NCBI GenBank assembly: GCA_965200315.1
Contig: OZ241362.1
Location: 2,976,001 to 3,040,000 of the forward strand
Reading direction: 5' to 3'
DNA: 64,000 nt
From: Candidatus Latescibacterota bacterium
Lineage (GTDB): Bacteria > Latescibacterota > UBA2968 > UBA8231
In this document: positions 57,037-64,000 of the stretch, one piece after another
How positions within the stretch are numbered: the first letter of the stretch is position 1
Layout of the letters: each line of letters opens with the position of its first letter
Made by a program: the position numbers and the translations under genes
The notes under the pieces: model-generated
The model's database searches: none
What the model was told of the DNA's origin: nothing
Seen by the model: the letters and a program-made list of their open reading frames with translations, nothing else

Positions 57037-58244
57037 CGCTGGCAGTTCTCTTGGCGGCGCAGCCCGCGTTTGGCATCAGCCTGTGGTCGAGTGCTGACGG
57101 GAGTCGCTACTGGGCGCTGGATACCGCTCTGAAGTGGACCATGCTTTCGTCGCACGCCCCCGACGCGCCGCTGTTGTACCCCAAGCGCTGGAGCGCGGCC
57201 GCACTGGGGCGAGGGCGGCTGGCGCTGCGAGGCCAAGCCGCGACGGATTTGCACGTGCGCTTGGCCTACGAGCAACGGGTGCGGGCGGTTTCTACAGGTG
57301 CGGGTGCTGGCGGGGGCACAGGTATCTTGGTGCCGGAAAGCCGTGCGCCCTATCGGCTCAGACCGCTCGATGATGCGCTGGCTACGGGCGAGAATATCGC
57401 CTACCGGCACGAGCTAGACCGCGCATTTGTCGCTTGGCGCTTGGGGCGTGGCGAGCTGCAAATCGGCCGCCAAGCCATTGGGTGGGGGCGCGGTGTACTC
57501 TTTGGCGCAGTGGATATTTTCGCGCCGTTTAATCCCTTAGAAAGCGATCGCGAGTGGCGGCGCGGAGTCGATGCGCTGCGCGTTTCCGTGCCGCTTGCGG
57601 ATCGCTTTTCGCTAGACGCGGTAGCGGCCTGCGGCGAGTCGGTTGCAGAATCGGCCTTTGTGGGGCGGCTCTACGGTCACAGTGGTGCGCTCGACGGCGA
57701 ACTGCTGCTGGGGCGTCGCCGCGGCGATCGCTTTGTCGGCACAGCCGCATCCATGCGGGTCGGGGGCGCTGAGATGCACGGCGAATTGGCGTCGTTCAAA
57801 ACGCCCGCCACAGAAGGGGGTGAGGTGGTGCTCAAGGCGCTTTTGGGCGGCTCGTACGCGTGGGACACCCAAGGCGGCCTGTTACTTGTGGGCGAATATC
57901 ACTTTTCGGGCTTTGGCGTCAGCGACATGGCCGAGCTAGCTGCAGCTCCTTATCTAACGCGTCTGCTCCAAGGAGACGTGCAGATCTTGGGGCGGCACGC
58001 CGGTGCCTTGCAGCTATCGCAGGGAATCACCGGCACCCTGCCGAGGACGCTAAGTTGGCTCTTCTCGCCAATAGATGGCTCTGGGGTGCTAACGGGCGTG
58101 GTGACGTGGATTTTCTCCGACGCGCTGACGCTAGCGGCTAGCGCGTACTGGCCCTATGGGGAAAGGCCGAGTGGAACTGCCTTGCGGAGCGAGTACGGAG
58201 GAGGGGCGAAGAGTGGGTTATTGCAGATTAGTTTTTACTATTGA
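57027..58244 (+). CDS. Putative outer-membrane beta-barrel partner of the ABC system
   Basis: Signal peptide, LDRAFV, IGRQAIGWG, GVDALR, C-terminal aromatic FYY. Confidence 0.65.
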   Translation: MRLTLAVLLAAQPAFGISLWSSADGSRYWALDTALKWTMLSSHAPDAPLLYPKRWSAAALGRGRLALRGQAATDLHVRLAYEQRVRAVSTGAGAGGGTGILVPESRAPYRLRPLDDALATGENIAYRHELDRAFVAWRLGRGELQIGRQAIGWGRGVLFGAVDIFAPFNPLESDREWRRGVDALRVSVPLADRFSLDAVAACGESVAESAFVGRLYGHSGALDGELLLGRRRGDRFVGTAASMRVGGAEMHGELASFKTPATEGGEVVLKALLGGSYAWDTQGGLLLVGEYHFSGFGVSDMAELAAAPYLTRLLQGDVQILGRHAGALQLSQGITGTLPRTLSWLFSPIDGSGVLTGVVTWIFSDALTLAASAYWPYGERPSGTALRSEYGGGAKSGLLQISFYY

Positions 58245-58293
58245 TGGAGCCTCCGTAGTTATAGGCCGGTAACTCCTCCTGGTGCGCTAAGCG

Positions 58294-59640
58294 TCAGGCG
58301 CGGCTTTGCAAAAGCGCGGCGATTTCGGCGTGGCCCTGTTGCTCGGCCCAAGCCAGCGGGGCCGTCCATGGCGCACCCGCCAGCGGCTCGACCGAGGCTC
58401 CGTGCTCCAAGAGCAAAGCGGCGAGCTTGGCCAAGCCGTAGCGGCAGGCGTGGCCCAGAGGCGTGGACTGGAGTTCGTCGTCGCGGGTTTCCAAGTCGGC
58501 ACCATAGTCTAGGAGCAATTCGGCGAACGGGAGCTTCTCTTCGTCGGCCCAGTGCGAAGTCTCGCCGGCCAAGCGATGTAGGAGCGTCATGTTCTTGGCG
58601 TCTGTGGCCTTGGGGTCGGCCCCTTGGGCGAGCATCAGGCGCAGGATTTCGACTTTGTCGGCGTGTTCGTCGCCTTGGCCGTTAGCATAGCGGCGCATGG
58701 CTTGTCCACGCCGGCCGCGCAACGGCTGATAAAGCGTCCTGAACGGATCCATGCCCGACATATCGTAGCGGTAACATAGCCGCACGAGGGCGACGTTGCC
58801 GCTGAGGGCCGCGCCCCAGAGGATTTCGCTGGCCAGCTCGGGCTTGAGGTGCATGACTTCGGCGGGCACGGCCATGCGTCCGCAGAGCGCAGCGGCGACG
58901 GCAAAGCTGTGGCCACCATAGCTGTAGATTAGGTCGAGAATCGCGTCGTTGTCGTTTTCCATAGCACGTTCGGCGGCTGGACCGCTGGCAAAGACATAGG
59001 CGTTGGGATCGGCCCCGGCGGCCAAGAGCCGCTGGCAGACCTCGTAGTGATTACCTTTGGCGGCTCGCCACAGCGGGATGCCGGCGTTGTTATAGATGCC
59101 TTCGTCGCCGAGGTCGAGATCTTCGGGGGCATCTGGGTCAGCCCCGTGGTCGAGGAGTAGAGCCACCATCTCGGCAAAGCCCTTTTCCGCGGCGACGGTG
59201 AGCGGATGAGACGGGTGGTCGGCGAGGGTTGGATCGGCGGCCAGCAGGGCGCGGGCTTGGTCGAGGTCGTTGGCCGCGGCAGCCGCAAAGAGCGCCGGCC
59301 CCGGCCCGACGGCCGGCTCGGCGGCTGGTTGCCGAGCGAGGAAATCCTCGATCAGGGCCACGATCTTGGGGTAGCCGCGGGCGCAGGCGTAGGCGAGGGC
59401 ACTGGTGGCGCGGCGGTTGGGGTACACGCCGCGCCGGGGGTCGGCCCCGGCAGCTAAGAGCGCGGCAACTATCTCGGCGTACCCCTCGCGGGCGGCGAAC
59501 TGGATCGCCAACTGGCCGTTTTGGGTGATGGGCTGGCGGGCGAGCAGAGCGTTTTGGTCAAGTATCTCCTCGACTTGGGCTAGATCGCCTGCTTGGGCGG
59601 CATCACACAACTGTTGCACGGTCGGCGTTTGCTCGGCCAT
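58294..59640 (-). CDS. Ankyrin repeat protein
   Basis: Multiple GADP/TPL repeats (LLAAGADP, STPLGHACRYG, APLAWAEQQGH). Confidence 0.9.
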   Translation of the reverse strand: MAEQTPTVQQLCDAAQAGDLAQVEEILDQNALLARQPITQNGQLAIQFAAREGYAEIVAALLAAGADPRRGVYPNRRATSALAYACARGYPKIVALIEDFLARQPAAEPAVGPGPALFAAAAANDLDQARALLAADPTLADHPSHPLTVAAEKGFAEMVALLLDHGADPDAPEDLDLGDEGIYNNAGIPLWRAAKGNHYEVCQRLLAAGADPNAYVFASGPAAERAMENDNDAILDLIYSYGGHSFAVAAALCGRMAVPAEVMHLKPELASEILWGAALSGNVALVRLCYRYDMSGMDPFRTLYQPLRGRRGQAMRRYANGQGDEHADKVEILRLMLAQGADPKATDAKNMTLLHRLAGETSHWADEEKLPFAELLLDYGADLETRDDELQSTPLGHACRYGLAKLAALLLEHGASVEPLAGAPWTAPLAWAEQQGHAEIAALLQSRA

Positions 59641-59732
59641 GGTGCGTTCCTTTCTGTTAAAAGTTTCTGGCGATACTAGCCGGCCGATATAACCGCCGCA
59701 AGCGTTTTTTCCTCCCCTAAGCAGAGGTGTTG

Positions 59733-59760
59733 ATGGCGATAATCACCGTCATTGGCTGCG
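59733..59760 (+). repeat. 28-bp direct repeat duplicating the start of the sulfotransferase gene (partner 60383-60410)
   Basis: atggcgataatcaccgtcattggc(t/c)gcg, 27/28 identical. Confidence 0.85.
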
Positions 59761-59773
59761 CCCTCAGCAGGGC

Positions 59774-60266
59774 TTAGCTGTGGCCAAAGAGCGCATAGAG
59801 AGGCAAAAAAACGAGCTTTTGTTCGGGAAGGATCGATACATTGGCCGTTGAAAACACCAAGCCCGCATCAGTGCTTTCGCGTTCCTGTAGGAAGAGGCGC
59901 ATACTCCGCAAGCGGCCCGCTGGCCCACTCTTGACTTCCAATGGCACTATTTTCCCTCTATCATCTACCAATAAGTAATCCACTTCTGCGCTGCGCCGCA
60001 GAGGTGTTGTGCCATACCGATGTCGAGAAAGAGGTGCTTGAACACTTGGCACCACAGAGTGCCCGATGCACCTCGGTCGCTGCGGCAACCGAGCGCGTCT
60101 CAGCGAAGGTACGCACCGCTTCGGGCATACCTCCGACCGCGAAGTACAGGCGCAGATAACCGAGCAATTTCTCGTGGATAGCCGTCGGCACGGGTGAGCG
60201 AGCGTCCATCGCGGGCAGATGTGCGCACAGAATCTCCTCGCCTTGCGCCGCGGGCGGTTTTTCCAA
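59774..60266 (-). pseudogene. Fragmented AAA-ATPase/DUF4143 (PD-(D/E)xK) gene
   Basis: Three conserved blocks in three frames: YFAVGGMPEAV; FKHLFLDIGMAQHLCG; AEVDYLL...VPLEVKSG...LPLY*. Confidence 0.75.
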
Positions 60267-60382
60267 GTGCTGAGCTTGTTGTCGACTAGGCGGTTCAATG
60301 TATTATTACAAGGTAATTTATCCTGTTGTGCTGTTGTGCCCCTTGAGGCCAACAATCTATTCCCTAACTCTGAGGAACAGGT

Positions 60383-61108
60383 ATGGCGATAATCACCGTC
60401 ATTGGCCGCGGCCACTCGGGTACGCGAGCCATAGCACACACGCTCTATGCCAGCGGCGTTTTTATGGGCAACACGCTCAATCGCTCGGGCGACAAGGTGC
60501 CGCCCCACGCGCTCTACGCCGCCTGTCGGGTCATGGCCAAATACGTCAAGTGGAAGGGGGGCTTGGAGTGGGATTTTGACGATTTGCACAGCGCGAAAAT
60601 CGACCCGGAGTTCGAGGACTTGATCGGCGAATACCTGCAAGACGTTGCGGCCGACCGCTCGGAGCACAAGGGTTGGAAGCTGCCCGAGACGACCCTGATT
60701 TACCCGTGGATTGTGCGGATGTTTCCCGACATCCACTACATTCACTGGATTCGCGACCCGCGCGACAGCATCATTGGCGCTCACAAGACCGACGACCTTG
60801 CGGATTTTGGCATAGAGTACGAGCGCACGGACGACATCCGGCGGCGGCGGGCCATTTCGTGGAAATACCAATACGAGCTGATGAAGGCCACGCCCAAACC
60901 AGAAAAGTGGATGTTGGTGCGATTCGAGGATTTCGTGCTGAAGCAGGAGGACGTGTTGCGGGAACTGGAGGACTTTTTGGGATTTGAGTTGGGTCGGATC
61001 GTGGTGCGGCCGGAGTCGCTTGGGAGGTGGAAAACGGACCGAGAGCAGCACACCTTTGACTTTTTTAGGGATGCCATGAACGAAAACGGATACGGAGAGA
61101 TGCCATGA
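60383..61108 (+). CDS. Sulfotransferase family protein
   Basis: GRGHSGT PAPS-binding loop, GWKLP, IRDPRD, VRFEDF. Confidence 0.8.
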   Translation: MAIITVIGRGHSGTRAIAHTLYASGVFMGNTLNRSGDKVPPHALYAACRVMAKYVKWKGGLEWDFDDLHSAKIDPEFEDLIGEYLQDVAADRSEHKGWKLPETTLIYPWIVRMFPDIHYIHWIRDPRDSIIGAHKTDDLADFGIEYERTDDIRRRRAISWKYQYELMKATPKPEKWMLVRFEDFVLKQEDVLRELEDFLGFELGRIVVRPESLGRWKTDREQHTFDFFRDAMNENGYGEMP

Positions 61109-61932
61109 AAATCAGCTTTACGACGTTGGGGTGCCCAGACTGGGACTTGGACACCATTTGCCGCCGGGGCCGCGAATACGGCTACGACGGCGTCGATTTC
61201 CGCGGGTTGCAGGAGACGATGGACATTACCCAATTGCCGGCCTTCACCAGCGGAGCCGCCCAAACTCGACGCCAGCTAGCAGACGCCGGCATGGAGGTGT
61301 CGGGAATTAGCTCCAGCATCCGGGTCTGTGTGCCGGAGAAGTTAGAGGAGAACGTAGAGGAGGCGCGGCACTCGATTCCGGTGGCCAATGAGTTGGGCTG
61401 CGGCTCTATCCGAGTTTTTGGCGGCGGCGATTCCAAGACCTATTCCAAGGAGGAGCTGGCCGACATCGGGCGGGAGACGATGGAACAGATCCTCGCATTG
61501 GATGGTGCCTGCCAGCTCAAGTGGCTTTTTGAGACCCACGACGAGTGGATCAAGTCGGTGGAGTGCAAGCTGCTGCTCGACCGCATTCCCAACGAGGCAT
61601 TCGGCGTACTCTGGGACATGGGTCATACGGCACGGGTGGGCGAGGAGTCGCCGGAGCAGACCTATCAGGCGGTGGGGCCGCGCATCGGTTATACCCACGT
61701 CAAAGACGCCGTCTATGATCCCGAGCACACCGAGGCGATGAAGGACGGTTGGCGCTACGTGCCGCCGGGCGCGGGCCAGTTGCCCTTAGAAGAGGCGCTA
61801 GCCCTGCTCAAAGGGCACGGGTACGACGGCTGGATCATGTTTGAGCACGAGAAGCGCTGGCACCCCGAACTAGCGGCTCCAGAGGAGATATTCCCAATTT
61901 TTCCGGCTTGGGTCAGACCGTTGCTCGGTTAG
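61105..61932 (+). CDS. Sugar phosphate isomerase/epimerase (xylose-isomerase-like TIM barrel)
   Basis: FTTLGCPDW, IRVFGG, ETHD, WDMGH, HVKD, FEHEKRWHP. Confidence 0.85.
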   Translation: MKISFTTLGCPDWDLDTICRRGREYGYDGVDFRGLQETMDITQLPAFTSGAAQTRRQLADAGMEVSGISSSIRVCVPEKLEENVEEARHSIPVANELGCGSIRVFGGGDSKTYSKEELADIGRETMEQILALDGACQLKWLFETHDEWIKSVECKLLLDRIPNEAFGVLWDMGHTARVGEESPEQTYQAVGPRIGYTHVKDAVYDPEHTEAMKDGWRYVPPGAGQLPLEEALALLKGHGYDGWIMFEHEKRWHPELAAPEEIFPIFPAWVRPLLG

Positions 61933-61939
61933 CCGGCCC

Positions 61940-63250
61940 ATGCAGCTACACTATCCCGAGATCGCCCTGCACGTGTCGCCCTTGCTTTTGCCGAGGGCCG
62001 ATATTCCCCTTGAAACGTGGTCGGTCATCGCCTGCGATCAGTACACCTCGCAGCCCGAATACTGGGAGGAAGTGCGGCGGATTGTTGGGGACGATCCTTC
62101 GACGCTACATCTAATTTTTCCCGAAGCCTACCTCGGGGAGACTTGCCGCGAACAGACCATCGCCGGCATTAACCATCGGATGCAGGTGTATCTCAAAAGC
62201 GGCGTACTGGCGGAACAGCGGCCCGGCCTTATGCTGGTGGAACGCGAGGTCGGGCGCGCTGTGCCGCGCAAGGGGCTGATCGTCGCCTTGGACTTGGAGC
62301 AGTACGACTACCGAGACGGAGCGCAGAAGCTAATCCGCACGACCGAGGGCACAGATCAGAATCGGCTGCCCCCGAGGATCCAAGTGCGGGAGAACGCGCC
62401 GCTGGAAACCCCACACATCATGGTGCTAATCGACGATCCGCAGCAGACGGTGATTGAGCCGCTTGGCGAAGAAGACCTGAGGCAAGCCTACGATTTTGAG
62501 CTGATGCTAGGCGGCGGCAGGCTTAGAGGCTGGCACATCGACGACGGGGCGTTGATCGCCGAAATCGCCGGGCGGCTCGCCGGCCTTGCGTGCGGCGAGC
62601 CGCCGCTGATCTACGCGCTGGGCGACGGCAACCACTCCTTCGCCACAGCGTGCGCCGTCTGGGAGCGGCTCAAGGCGCAAGCAGAGGACGAGCGCCAGAT
62701 AATGAATCACCCGGCGCGCTACGCCTTGGCCGAACTAGTCAATGTCCACGACGAGGCCCTGGAGTTTGCACCCATCCATCGGGTAGTTTTTGGCGTAGAT
62801 GCAGCCGATTTATTGCGGGCGATGGAGACGCACTGCACAGGGAGTGGATTTAGCCGTCGGCTCTTCTCGGATCGGGATGGATGGGAGGCTGCCTGTCGAG
62901 AAGCGGCCGTCGGCCCGGGGCACCACATTCCCTATCTAAGCGGAACCGAACGCGGCCTGTTGAGTATGGCCGAGCCTAGCTTCCAGCTCGCAGTAGCGTC
63001 GTTGCAGACCTTTTTGGACCGCCATCTCGACGCGCATCCCCGCGCCCGCCTCGACTATATCCACGGCGAGGATGTGCTAGAGCAACTGGCTGCGGAGCCG
63101 GACAGCATCGGCTTTTTTCTACCGGCCATGGACAAGCGCGACTTGTTCAAAACGATCGTCATCGACGGGACCACGCCGCGCAAGACGTTCTCGCTGGGCG
63201 AGGCTGTGGAGAAGCGGTACTACTTGGAGTGTCGGCGGCTAGCGCCGTGA
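61940..63250 (+). CDS. DUF1015 family protein
   Basis: WSVIACDQYTSQ, IRTTEGT, GDGNHS, LVNVHD, PRKTFSLG. Confidence 0.85.
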   Translation: MQLHYPEIALHVSPLLLPRADIPLETWSVIACDQYTSQPEYWEEVRRIVGDDPSTLHLIFPEAYLGETCREQTIAGINHRMQVYLKSGVLAEQRPGLMLVEREVGRAVPRKGLIVALDLEQYDYRDGAQKLIRTTEGTDQNRLPPRIQVRENAPLETPHIMVLIDDPQQTVIEPLGEEDLRQAYDFELMLGGGRLRGWHIDDGALIAEIAGRLAGLACGEPPLIYALGDGNHSFATACAVWERLKAQAEDERQIMNHPARYALAELVNVHDEALEFAPIHRVVFGVDAADLLRAMETHCTGSGFSRRLFSDRDGWEAACREAAVGPGHHIPYLSGTERGLLSMAEPSFQLAVASLQTFLDRHLDAHPRARLDYIHGEDVLEQLAAEPDSIGFFLPAMDKRDLFKTIVIDGTTPRKTFSLGEAVEKRYYLECRRLAP

Positions 63251-63287
63251 GCGTTGCGGCCCCAATTCTGAGGCCGGACTGCGGGGC

Positions 63288-64000
63288 CTACCCGGAGTAA
63301 TCGTATTTCCGATTGCGGCTAATGTAGTCGATCGGTCCATCGACAAATTCCGCTACTGTCTCCAACGCACTATCAGCAAACAATTCTTCCGTCCCCTTGG
63401 GAAACAACAGCGGCTTCTTCGTGTGCCACCAGTGCGCCCAGTGGATCATGGCGATCATCGGGCGGGGCTGGCCGGTGAGGTTGGGCATGCCGCGATGCCA
63501 GAGGCGCATGTCGCGGATCAGCACACTGCCGGCGGGTATGCTCGGCTGTAGGGGTTTGCACACGGCGCGGAGGCTCTCTTCGATTGCCGGCGGCAGCTTG
63601 ATGTCGCCATCGTTGAGGGCGCGGGTGGTGTCTAGGTGGGTACCGGGCCAGAGTTCGGTGCTGCCGTTTGCGGGCGTGGCGTCGACAACGGGTACATTGA
63701 CGACAAGGCCGTAGGCCGGCGTCGCCACCTCGAGATTGGGCCAGAGCTGACCCGCGTCGACGTGGAGGGGTTGTTGGGTGGTGTTGGGCAGGCAGGTGTT
63801 GCCGCTGTAGAAGGCGTTTTTGACGCCTTCGCCGAGCACTGAGTGAGTTACTTCGACGACGAGGGCGTTGACCAGCACGTCGCGGAAAAGGTAGGGCGGA
63901 AAGGGCGGCGGGTCCTGTTGCAGGTGCCCGTCGTTGAACTGATAGGGGACGTCGGCGAGGGCGAGGATTGCTTCGACGTCGGCGAGCATGCGCTCGCGCA
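63288..64000 (-). CDS. Phytanoyl-CoA dioxygenase (PhyH) family, 5' end beyond window
   Basis: QPLHVD, NGSTELWPGTH, RLWHRGMPN, RPM. Confidence 0.85.
   Translation of the reverse strand, partial: RERMLADVEAILALADVPYQFNDGHLQQDPPPFPPYLFRDVLVNALVVEVTHSVLGEGVKNAFYSGNTCLPNTTQQPLHVDAGQLWPNLEVATPAYGLVVNVPVVDATPANGSTELWPGTHLDTTRALNDGDIKLPPAIEESLRAVCKPLQPSIPAGSVLIRDMRLWHRGMPNLTGQPRPMIAMIHWAHWWHTKKPLLFPKGTEELFADSALETVAEFVDGPIDYISRNRKYDYSG

Noticed and set aside
59774-61051. 425-aa minus-strand ORF
   Set aside because: Mostly the antisense shadow of the sulfotransferase; only its last about 75 aa are a real DUF4143 fragment
1-64000. tRNA/rRNA genes, intact transposases, integrases or reverse transcriptases
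   Set aside because: None recognised by eye; a covariance-model scan was not possible

Overview
GC-rich bacterial chromosomal window with about 50 intact genes. The gene content (Cys-type sulfatases, PhyH/TauD dioxygenases, ankyrin, FG-GAP and ASPIC proteins, several secreted proteins ending in a FlgD-Ig/T9SS-like C-terminal domain) suggests an FCB-group lineage such as Latescibacterota, possibly a marine-invertebrate symbiont; this is inference only. The main identifiable system is a complete type III-B CRISPR effector operon on the minus strand (27958-36213: cmr1-cas10/cmr2-cmr3-cmr4-cmr5-cmr6-csx16-csx1). Its Cas10 has an intact GGDD motif but no HD domain, and I saw no cas6, cas1/cas2 or array in the window. 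Other notable observations: (1) an MpaB/Lcp-type oxygenase + truncated P450 + squalene synthase terpenoid locus; (2) a PQQ-dehydrogenase-ankyrin fusion; (3) a nest of TA-flanked MITE-like elements inside an ABC operon; (4) a duplicated promoter+leader module in front of two FG-GAP genes; (5) several genes collapsed by large internal deletions (haloperoxidase-like, cfa, TPR/solute-binding protein, AAA-DUF4143), the last flanked by a 28-bp duplication of a gene start; (6) an apparent window-wide depletion of CCWGG with excess of its C-to-T deamination products. All calls come from reading motifs by eye; no database searches were run.
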